Of a DNA stretch of 64,000 bases, positions 16,768 through 27,084 are shown in pieces; positions within the stretch are counted from its first letter, which is position 1, and each line of letters opens with the position of its first letter. The translations under genes and the position numbers were made by a program. Location: the NCBI GenBank assembly GCA_050185275.1, contig JBFWZN010000010.1, forward strand, positions 27,487-91,486, read 5' to 3'. Under the pieces are notes generated by a model. The model was not told where the DNA came from. It made no database searches and saw only the letters and a list, made by a program, of their open reading frames with translations. Origin of the DNA: Vicinamibacterales bacterium (lineage in GTDB: Bacteria; Acidobacteriota; Vicinamibacteria; Vicinamibacterales; UBA2999).

Positions 16768-17589
16768 ATGATCAACTACACCGATCGAATTGCCGTGCTG
16801 ATGGAGGACATCGTGGCCAGGGTGCCCGAGCTCTCCTTCATCGACATGAGTCGCGTGCTCGTGTTCGCACGCGGGGGACGCAGCGGACGGGAAGGCGCGT
16901 ATGCCACGTGCCACTGTCTGTGCCTGCCCGACAGCGAGCCCGGCTACTACTTCTGGCGCAGCCGTTCGACCGGAGAGCTGACGCGCCGGTCACAGTGGTT
17001 CGTCACGCGGTCTCCTCAGGTGCGCGTGGGCACGACGCCCATCGACTACATGGTGTCGTTTTCGCTGCCGCGCTTCTGCGATCAGACGCTGTCGAGCACC
17101 CGGAAGCAGGTGCACTACCGCGGCGACGAGCAGTGGGTCGCGAAGCTCGACACCATCGTGCACGAGCTCTATCACATCGACCCCGTGCGTCCCGGCATCC
17201 GGCGCATGGAGCGGTCGGATGGCACCTACGCCGCCAACTGTCATGGCACCCGGTTCTTCGAAGACGTGGTGCGGATGGTCCGGGAGTACCTGGCGACTCG
17301 TCCGGATCCGGAGGTGTTCGAGTTCCTCCGGTACGACTTCAAGGAACTCACCGCGCGGTTCGGAGGGGTGGCCGGCACGGCCTTCCGTGGGTTTCCCTCC
17401 TATCCGCAGCGCTACGCCGACGTGCTCGAGCCGCAGCCTGCCAATCCGCCTGGCGTGGACTGTCCGGTGGAGCCGCTCAGGGCGTCGCGCTACGCGCGCG
17501 CGTTCACCGAAGACGATCTCGTGATGCGGGAGTTCCTGCCGCAGGGATCGCGGCAGCTGGTCCGCAAGGGCCGCTACTGCGCGGCCTGA
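16768..17589 (+). CDS. hypothetical Cys-rich cytoplasmic protein with an HExxH motif (putative metallohydrolase)
   Basis: C-terminal part of ORF 16606..17589. It has the segment IVHELYHIDP...NCHGTRFF, no signal peptide, and high GC3. An alternative start is GTG 16738. Confidence 0.6.
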   Translation: MINYTDRIAVLMEDIVARVPELSFIDMSRVLVFARGGRSGREGAYATCHCLCLPDSEPGYYFWRSRSTGELTRRSQWFVTRSPQVRVGTTPIDYMVSFSLPRFCDQTLSSTRKQVHYRGDEQWVAKLDTIVHELYHIDPVRPGIRRMERSDGTYAANCHGTRFFEDVVRMVREYLATRPDPEVFEFLRYDFKELTARFGGVAGTAFRGFPSYPQRYADVLEPQPANPPGVDCPVEPLRASRYARAFTEDDLVMREFLPQGSRQLVRKGRYCAA

Positions 17590-18182
17590 CCCGGCGCCGG
17601 CTGGAGACGTCGCACCCCCACCACGCGGCGCGCCCAGTAGCCGAGGCTGTAACGCTCCACCCGCACCACGCCCCGGCTGGAGGGCGCGTGGACGAAGCGT
17701 CCGTCGCCCAGGGCGAGCCCCACGTGGGAGGCGCCACGGCTCACCGTCTCGAAGAACACCAGATCCCCCGCCCGCACATCACCGAGCGCGACCGGTGTGC
17801 CTTCGTGGTACTGGGCGGATGTCTGTCGGGGCAGGGAGACACCGTGCCGGCCGAATACGTACTGGACGAAGCCGCTGCAATCGAACCCTGACGGGTCCGC
17901 GCCGCCGTTGCGATAGGGCACGCCGAGCAGCGCGAGCGCCGTCTCGAGTATGCCGGCCGCTGTCGGGTCGTCGGCGCCGTCCGCCAGGGGTGGCGTGTCT
18001 GCCGGTGTGCCGGCCTCGGGCGCCCCGGGCACCGGAACGGGCGGCCCCGCATCCTCGGGGGAGGCGTCGGCCGGTGCCGGCACGCCGGCTCCCGGAAACG
18101 GGCGCGGAACCCCACCGCGGGTGGCACACGCAGCGGTACTCAGGGCCACGACGGCGATCACGCACAGGCGCAGGGCAGCCAC
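17574..18182 (-). CDS. NlpC/P60 (C40) peptidoglycan endopeptidase lipoprotein
   Basis: Lipobox LSTAAC, a Pro-rich linker, catalytic Cys context GFDCSGFVQYVF, and His in ASHVGLAL. Confidence 0.85.
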   Translation of the reverse strand: MAALRLCVIAVVALSTAACATRGGVPRPFPGAGVPAPADASPEDAGPPVPVPGAPEAGTPADTPPLADGADDPTAAGILETALALLGVPYRNGGADPSGFDCSGFVQYVFGRHGVSLPRQTSAQYHEGTPVALGDVRAGDLVFFETVSRGASHVGLALGDGRFVHAPSSRGVVRVERYSLGYWARRVVGVRRLQPAPGQAAQ

Positions 18183-18279
18183 GACGCCCCTAGTATCGAC
18201 CTAAGCGCCTTTGTTGACTAGTCTTTACAGAGCCGTGATCTTGACAGCCCATGCACGCGGAGGGGAACATTGAGCGTCT

Positions 18280-18813
18280 ATGGAGCAGACGCTCCTGCTG
18301 AACGCCTCGTACGAACCCCTCAAAGTCGTTCACTGGCAGAAGGCGATCACGCTCTGGTGCCAGGGGAAGGTGGAGGTGATCGCGGTCCATGACCGCGAGA
18401 TCAGGGCGGTGTCCGTCAGTTTCAAGATGCCCTCGGTGATTCGGCTGCTCCGCTTCGTGAAGATCAAGCGCCGGTTCGACTACGTGCCCTTCTCCCGCGC
18501 CAACATCTACGCGCGCGACAAGCACACCTGCCAATACTGCGGCGATGTCTACCCGCTCCCGGACCTGACATTCGACCACGTCGTGCCCGTGGCGCAGGGC
18601 GGGCGGAAGGACTGGGAGAACATCGTCACGTGCTGCGTCACCTGCAACCGCAGGAAGGGCGGCCGCACGCCGGACGAGGCCGGGATGCGCCTGCTGCGAG
18701 CGCCGCATCGCCCGGACTCCGCCCCCCTCATGCGCATCACCATCGGTCTGCGCGACGCGCCCGAGAGCTGGCGCGACTACCTGTACTGGAATCTGGAACT
18801 CGATCAGGCCTAG
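18280..18813 (+). CDS. HNH endonuclease
   Basis: CQYCG...FDHVVPVAQGG...NIVTCCVTCNRRKG (HNH with a Cys4 zinc site), with conserved N-terminal LLLNASYEPL. Confidence 0.85.
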   Translation: MEQTLLLNASYEPLKVVHWQKAITLWCQGKVEVIAVHDREIRAVSVSFKMPSVIRLLRFVKIKRRFDYVPFSRANIYARDKHTCQYCGDVYPLPDLTFDHVVPVAQGGRKDWENIVTCCVTCNRRKGGRTPDEAGMRLLRAPHRPDSAPLMRITIGLRDAPESWRDYLYWNLELDQA

Positions 18814-18871
18814 CGGCCACCGGCGGCGGGCCCCGCCAGTAGACGCGGGCTCAGATACACTGTCATCCGTC

Positions 18872-19885
18872 ATGCCCACGCGCGCGCCCGCGCCGCCCGT
18901 CTCGCCGTGTCCCGTGCGTGCCGTTGCCGGTGGACACGTCACGCTCGCGCGCGGGACCACTCGTACCCGCGGACGGCGCCAGGCTCACGACGGGTCCGTG
19001 CCCACCGTCACGCTGGGCGGCACGCCCGTGCTCGTGACCTTCGCGTCGCCCCGCGCCGTCCAGATCCAGGTACCGGCAGACATGGAAGGCGGCCACCTTC
19101 CTGTGGTGATCGAGGGGGATGCGGCTTCCGGCACCACCGTGGAGGTCGGCGCCGCGTGGGCCACGGGGCTTCACCAGGTCGACAATCCGGCCTTCGATGC
19201 GGCCGGCAACCTGTTCGTCACCTACAGCGGCACGCGTGGCCAGGAATCGCCGGTGTCCCTGTTCCGGGTGACGCCTCAGGGGACGCGGGAGCCCTTCGCG
19301 ACCGGGATCGTCAACCCCACGTCGCTGGCGATCGGCCCTGACGGGCTGGTCTACGTGTCCAGTCGCTTCGCCGGCACGGTGCAGCGAGTGCGCGAGGATG
19401 GGACGAGCGAGCAGGTGGCCTCCGAGCTGGGCGTCGCCTGCGGGATCGCCTTCGACGCGCAGGGATACATGTACGTGGGCGATCGGTCGGGAACCGTCTT
19501 CCGCGTGCGGGACGGGCATGCCACGCCCTTCGCGTCGCTTGCGCCGAGCGTTGCCGCCTTCCACCTGGCGATGGCGCCCGACGGCGATCTCTACGTGACG
19601 GCGCCGACGCTGAGTGCCTACGACCGGGTCCAGCGCATCGGCCGCCACGGCGACGTCACGTCCCTGCCCTCCCGCTTCGGACGGCCACAGGGGCTGGCGT
19701 TTTCGCCGGACGGCGTGCTGCACGTCGTGGAGGCGCTGGCTGGCGCCAGCGGGCTCTACCGCCTTCCCGACCCTGCCGGCGAACCGGAACTCGTGGTGAG
19801 TGGCGCGGGTCTGGTCGGCGTGGCCTTCGCGCCCGACGGGGCGCTCGTCGTGGCGTCCACCGAAACGGTCTACCGCTTCGCATGA
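18872..19885 (+). CDS. IPT/TIG domain plus NHL/SGL-like beta-propeller protein
   Basis: The N-terminus has an IPT/TIG-like pattern (GGHVTL.G...VTLGGTPV...VQIQVP...VVI). Repeated blade motifs follow (GLVYVS, GYMYVGD, GDLYVT, GVLHVVE). Confidence 0.6.
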   Translation: MPTRAPAPPVSPCPVRAVAGGHVTLARGTTRTRGRRQAHDGSVPTVTLGGTPVLVTFASPRAVQIQVPADMEGGHLPVVIEGDAASGTTVEVGAAWATGLHQVDNPAFDAAGNLFVTYSGTRGQESPVSLFRVTPQGTREPFATGIVNPTSLAIGPDGLVYVSSRFAGTVQRVREDGTSEQVASELGVACGIAFDAQGYMYVGDRSGTVFRVRDGHATPFASLAPSVAAFHLAMAPDGDLYVTAPTLSAYDRVQRIGRHGDVTSLPSRFGRPQGLAFSPDGVLHVVEALAGASGLYRLPDPAGEPELVVSGAGLVGVAFAPDGALVVASTETVYRFA

Positions 19886-19943
19886 CCGGATCGGGCGCAG
19901 CGGCGTGGTCCGGCTCGTCTCGGGTGGCGGTGTATCCGCGGGT

Positions 19944-21425
19944 ATGAACCAGCTGTTCGCGCGAAAGCCGATCGCCGAGATGCACGCGGAGGACGGCGCC
20001 TCCGGCCTCCGGCGCGTGCTCGGCGCCGGCGACCTGGTGATGCTCGCCATCGGCGCCGTGATCGGTGCGGGCATTTTCGGGGCGATCGGCACCGCAGCGG
20101 CGGGGCAGGTGGGGCCCGACGGCATGGTCATCCGCTACGGCGCGGGTCCCGCGCTGATCTTCTCCTTTGCACTCCTGGCTGGCGCCTGTGCCCTGGCCGC
20201 GCTCTGCTATGCCGAACTGGCCGCGATGATTCCGCAGGCCGGCAGCGCCTATGCCTACAGCTACGCGACGCTGGGCGAGTTGGTGGCCTGGATCATCGGC
20301 TGGGATCTCATCCTCGAGTACGCGGTGGGGAACGTGGCGGTCGCCATCTCCTGGGGTGACTACTTCACGACGCTCCTCAGGGGCATCGGACTCGACCTGC
20401 CCGCGTGGCTCACCACGGGCTACCGGACCGCCAGCCTCAGTGCCAGTCCCGCGATGCGGGCCCTGCTCGACGAGGCGCCGAGCCTCCTCGGCGTGCCGAT
20501 CCTCGTCAACCTCCCGGCCTGCGGCATCGTCCTGGTCGTCACGTGGCTGCTGCTGCGCGGCGCGCGCGAGAGTTCGCGTGCCAACCAGGTGATGGTGGCC
20601 GTGAAGCTCGCGGCCCTGGCGCTGTTCGTCGGGGTGGGGCTGGCCAACATCGATCCCGGCAACTACACACCGTTCGCCCCCAATGGCTTCACCGGCGTCC
20701 ACCAGGGTGCGGCCATCGTGTTCTTTGCCTATATCGGCTTCGACGCCGTTTCCACCGCGGCCGAGGAGACCCGTAATCCGCAGCGCAACCTCCCGATCGG
20801 CATCCTCGGCGGGCTGGCGGTCTGCACCCTGATCTACATCATCGTCGGCGCCGTGCTCACCGGCATGGTGCCGTACGGCGAACTGGCGGTTGCCGATCCG
20901 CTGGCCCGTGCGCTCGAACTGGTGGGATACAGCCGGGTGGGATGGCTCGTCGCCCTTGGCGCGGCCGTGTCGATGGCGGCGGTGCTCCTGGTGTTCCAGT
21001 ACGGGCAGCCGCGCATCTTCTTCTCCATGGCGCGCGACGGCCTGTTGCCGGCCTGGGCGGCCCGCGTCGATCGGCGCACCGGAGTGCCGCACGTCACCAC
21101 GCTGGTGACGGGCGTGCTGGTCGCCGCCGCAGCACTCGTGGGTGACGCGGCCGAAACCTACGACCTCACCAACATCGGCACCCTGTTCGCCTTTGCCATC
21201 GTCTGTGCGGGCGTCGCCGTGCTGCGGGTGACCGAGCCCGATCGGCCGCGTCCCTTCCGCGTGCCGTTCGTCTGGGTGGTGGCGCCTCTCGGCATGGCCG
21301 CGTGCGGCTTCGTCATGCTGGGACTGCCGGCCCAGGCCTGGAGCCGCTTCGGCCTGTGGCTGGCCCTCGGGCTGGCCCTCTACGTCGCCTACGGCTATCG
21401 CCACAGCCGGCTGAGGACCCGCTAG
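19944..21425 (+). CDS. APC-superfamily amino acid permease (cationic amino acid transporter-like)
   Basis: Starts at Met 19944 of ORF 19800..21425. Motifs: LVMLAIGAVIGAGIF, AELAAMIPQAGSAYAYSY. About 12 TM segments. Confidence 0.85.
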   Translation: MNQLFARKPIAEMHAEDGASGLRRVLGAGDLVMLAIGAVIGAGIFGAIGTAAAGQVGPDGMVIRYGAGPALIFSFALLAGACALAALCYAELAAMIPQAGSAYAYSYATLGELVAWIIGWDLILEYAVGNVAVAISWGDYFTTLLRGIGLDLPAWLTTGYRTASLSASPAMRALLDEAPSLLGVPILVNLPACGIVLVVTWLLLRGARESSRANQVMVAVKLAALALFVGVGLANIDPGNYTPFAPNGFTGVHQGAAIVFFAYIGFDAVSTAAEETRNPQRNLPIGILGGLAVCTLIYIIVGAVLTGMVPYGELAVADPLARALELVGYSRVGWLVALGAAVSMAAVLLVFQYGQPRIFFSMARDGLLPAWAARVDRRTGVPHVTTLVTGVLVAAAALVGDAAETYDLTNIGTLFAFAIVCAGVAVLRVTEPDRPRPFRVPFVWVVAPLGMAACGFVMLGLPAQAWSRFGLWLALGLALYVAYGYRHSRLRTR

Positions 21426-21558
21426 CCCCACCCACTCCGGGCACACCCCTGGGTCAACGGTGGGCCAACGGTGGGCCGAGCGCTGACACGGCGCCGCCCG
21501 CCCGCCGGCCGGATGCGATAAGATTTCCGTTTCGGGTCCCCGGCAAGTTCCCGGCAGT

Positions 21559-24492
<2,934 letters not shown>

Positions 24493-24565
24493 GCACCGTG
24501 GCGGTCTGTTCTCGCGGTCCGGCTCGGGTCGCGACCCGGCCACCAGTCAGCGGTGGCCGCAGTCG

Positions 24566-24588
24566 GTGTGGTAGGATAGCCACACTTT
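24566..24588 (+). terminator. hairpin plus TTT, candidate uvrA terminator
   Basis: GTGTGG (24566-24571) pairs with CCACAC (24580-24585) across an 8-nt loop, followed by TTT. A second palindrome, CGGGTCGCGACCCG, lies at 24525-24538. Confidence 0.35.
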
Positions 24589-24717
24589 GGCGGCTGATCT
24601 ATGTGTCTCTTTAGCCACATTTACACGAATTCTCGCGCCGGCCGTTTATCGTGTAGAAATCGAGCAAGACTAGATGTGTCTTAGTGTTAGCAGATAATGC
24701 TGCCACTGGCGGGTGTG

Positions 24718-24732
24718 TGGCTTACCGTTTGC
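24718..24732 (+). promoter_or_regulatory. sigma-54-type -24/-12 promoter candidate upstream of lpxC
   Basis: TGGCTTACCGTTTGC matches TGGC-N7-TTGC with the correct spacing. It lies 52 nt upstream of ATG 24785. Confidence 0.35.
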
Positions 24733-24784
24733 GTATGGGTCCAACAGGCTCCTGCCGATTGAGAACCTGAACCCGAGACCCAGC

Positions 24785-25699
24785 ATGAGCACACAGCGGA
24801 CCCTGCGACGCCCCATCACCTGCGCCGGCATTGGCCTCCATTCCGGGCGCAAGGTGACCCTGTCGTTGAAGCCGTCCGGCGCCGACAGCGGCATCCGCTT
24901 CCGCCGCTCGGACATCGGCGGGGCAGACGTTCCGGCCACTGCCGAGCACGTGGGGGGCATCAGTTACGCCACCGCGCTCAGCCGTGACGCCGTCCGCGTC
25001 GATACCGTCGAACATCTCCTCGCGGCGCTCGTGAGCCTCGGCATCGACAACGTCGTGGTCGAGCTCAACTCGCCCGAAGTGCCCATCATGGACGGCAGCT
25101 CCGCGCCCTTCGTGTATCTCATCCAGGAAGCGGGCATCAAGGACCTGTCGGCGCCCCGGCGCTACCTGAAGGTGCTGCGCCCCCTCTCGCTGGTGATGGG
25201 CGACAAGCGGATTGCCCTCTACCCGTCCGAGCACTTCAAAGTCACGTACAGCATCGCCTTCGACCACCCGTTGCTGCGGCATCAGTCGCGCACCATGCGG
25301 ATCACCGAGGCGGCCTTCATCGACGAGATCGCGCCCGCCAGGACGTTCGGCTTCCTGAAGGAAGTGGAGACCCTGCGCCAGCACGGCCTGGCGCTCGGCG
25401 GCTCGCTCGAGAATGCCATCGTCATCGGTGACACCGGCGTCCTCAACAACGGCCTGCGGTTCGACGACGAGTTCGTGCGGCACAAGATCCTCGACGTGAT
25501 CGGGGACATGGCGCTCGTTGGGCATCCGATCGTGGGCCACCTGGTGGCCCATCGTGGCGGGCACGCCCTGCACACGGCTTTCGCCGCGCAGGTGCTGGCC
25601 GAACGCGATGCGTGGGCGCTCGTCGAAGACCCCTCCGCCGGCGTCGAAGAGACGGCCGCGGGCGTGGCCGCGACTGGTGCCGCCGCGCACCGGGGCTGA
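24785..25699 (+). CDS. lpxC: UDP-3-O-acyl-N-acetylglucosamine deacetylase
   Basis: From Met 24785: MSTQRTLRRPITCAGIGLHSGRKVTLSLKP...TVEHLLAAL...EVPIMDGSSAPF, which lines up with the E. coli LpxC N-terminus as I recall it. Confidence 0.95.
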   Translation: MSTQRTLRRPITCAGIGLHSGRKVTLSLKPSGADSGIRFRRSDIGGADVPATAEHVGGISYATALSRDAVRVDTVEHLLAALVSLGIDNVVVELNSPEVPIMDGSSAPFVYLIQEAGIKDLSAPRRYLKVLRPLSLVMGDKRIALYPSEHFKVTYSIAFDHPLLRHQSRTMRITEAAFIDEIAPARTFGFLKEVETLRQHGLALGGSLENAIVIGDTGVLNNGLRFDDEFVRHKILDVIGDMALVGHPIVGHLVAHRGGHALHTAFAAQVLAERDAWALVEDPSAGVEETAAGVAATGAAAHRG

Positions 25700-25805
25700 G
25701 CGTTTCCAGACAACCCCTTGCCGGCCTGCGTCCGGTGGCCTGTCAGGCTCGCTGCTCGTGCAGACGGCCGTGCCTGCGTGCTGCAGGTCCCGCGTCCAGC
25801 CGTGC

Positions 25806-26084
25806 CTACTGATCCTGCTCCTGATCCGCCAGTTTGCGCATGTACGTATCCAGCCGGTCGTTCTCGTAGGTCACGGTGTTGAGGAACAGGCTCTCGAGCA
25901 GGTAGGCGCGGCGTTCGGTGTCGTCCATCTGGTCGATCAGGTGATTGATCTCCCGCACCATGTCCTCGAACGTCCGCTCGAGCGCCCGACGGGCAGTGAC
26001 CTCCTGGAACAGGGTCTCGAGCACGGCGAGCAGGTCGTTGTCGAGGGTGACCTCGGCGCCGGACGTGGTCTTGATGGTCCGCAT
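25806..26084 (-). CDS. hypothetical small acidic helical protein (92 aa)
   Basis: ATG 26084 lies 3 nt after the STAS stop. GC3 is strongly high. Sequence MRTIKTTSGAEVTLDNDLLAVLETLFQE...KLADQEQDQ. I recognise no family. Confidence 0.6.
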   Translation of the reverse strand: MRTIKTTSGAEVTLDNDLLAVLETLFQEVTARRALERTFEDMVREINHLIDQMDDTERRAYLLESLFLNTVTYENDRLDTYMRKLADQEQDQ

Positions 26085-26086
26085 GG

Positions 26087-26428
26087 CTACTCCCCGAAGC
26101 TCCTGATGGCATCCTGCGCGTCCGGGTGCAGGTGGAGGAAGTTGTGGGCGCCCGTCATGGTGAGCATCGTCTCGACGCGCTTCTGCACGCCCGACAGCCT
26201 GAGTGTGCCTCCCGCGGCGGTCGTCTGGCGGTAGAGGTCCATCAGGCAGCCGATGGTGGCGCTGTCCACGTAGCTCACCGGGGTGAGGTCGAGGAGAATC
26301 TGCCGTTGGCCCTCGTCCAGCAGGGCCGTGACGGTGCCCGAGAAATTGGCCAGCAGGGGATAGGTCAGGCGCGACTCGTGCACGCGCACGATGCTCACGC
26401 GCCCCGTTCGTTCGGTCGTCAGGTTCAT
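26087..26428 (-). CDS. STAS-domain anti-sigma factor antagonist
   Basis: SpoIIAA-like, with ILLDLTPVSYVDSATIGCL (a Ser in DSxxxG context) and a C-terminal LRLSGVQKRV segment. Confidence 0.8.
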   Translation of the reverse strand: MNLTTERTGRVSIVRVHESRLTYPLLANFSGTVTALLDEGQRQILLDLTPVSYVDSATIGCLMDLYRQTTAAGGTLRLSGVQKRVETMLTMTGAHNFLHLHPDAQDAIRSFGE

Positions 26429-27042
26429 CCTCGTTCTCCGATCTCTGGCGGGGCGTCCCGCTCCTGCTGCACACGTCGGACCTGCTTCGACAGCTCGGCC
26501 CGCCCGCGGTTGATGCGCGACTTCACCGTGCCTTCCGGCAGACCGAGCCGATCGGCGATTTCCTGGTAGGTCAGCTCCTGCAGATCACGCATCACCACCG
26601 CGCTGCGCAGGGCAGGGGTCAGGCGCGCCAGCGCCGTCCGCAGGAGGTCGACCCGGTCCTGTTGCTCGAGGCTTGCGTGCGGACTGGCGGTGCGGGACCG
26701 CGGTTGCAGGTCGGAGGGATCGACGTCACGACGAATCGTCTCCCGTTCCTTCCGCACGCTGCGATAGTGATCGATGCAGAGGTTCCGGCTCACGCTCACC
26801 AGCCAGGTCTGGAAGTTGGCGCGGCGGTCGAAGCTGCCGAGGGAGCGAAAGAGCTTCAGGAAGATGTCCTGCGCGAGGTCTTCCGCCTGCTCGCGGGTGC
26901 CCACGAACTTGTAGGCGATGTTGAACACCCGTCGCCAGTGCAGCCGGACGATCGACTCCCAGGCCGCCTGATCGCCACGGAGACAGCGTTCGATGATCTC
27001 GTCGATGGCCTGCGGCTGTGCGGAGGAAGCGTCAGCGGACAT
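26425..27042 (-). CDS. ECF-type RNA polymerase sigma-70 family factor
   Basis: Region 2 is AEDLAQDIFLKLF...FQTWLVSVSRNLCIDHYR. Region 4 is LTYQEIADRLGLPEGTVKSRINRGR. The stop overlaps the STAS start (ATGA). The start is ATG 27042, or 27105. Confidence 0.85.
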   Translation of the reverse strand: MSADASSAQPQAIDEIIERCLRGDQAAWESIVRLHWRRVFNIAYKFVGTREQAEDLAQDIFLKLFRSLGSFDRRANFQTWLVSVSRNLCIDHYRSVRKERETIRRDVDPSDLQPRSRTASPHASLEQQDRVDLLRTALARLTPALRSAVVMRDLQELTYQEIADRLGLPEGTVKSRINRGRAELSKQVRRVQQERDAPPEIGERG

Positions 27043-27084
27043 GCCTGATCCGGAGGGAGACGGCGGGAAACGGCGCATGATACC

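Noticed and set aside
18280-18813. HNH endonuclease as part of a restriction-modification or other defence system.
   Set aside because: No methyltransferase, helicase, ATPase or other defence-type partner is adjacent. The neighbours are a cell-wall hydrolase and a beta-propeller protein. The gene looks like the widespread stand-alone HNH family.
21426-21558. LexA/SOS box upstream of uvrA.
   Set aside because: No match to CTGT-N8-ACAG, GTTC-N7-GTTC or CGAAC-N4-GTTCG. Only the unrelated direct repeats reported in the findings are present.
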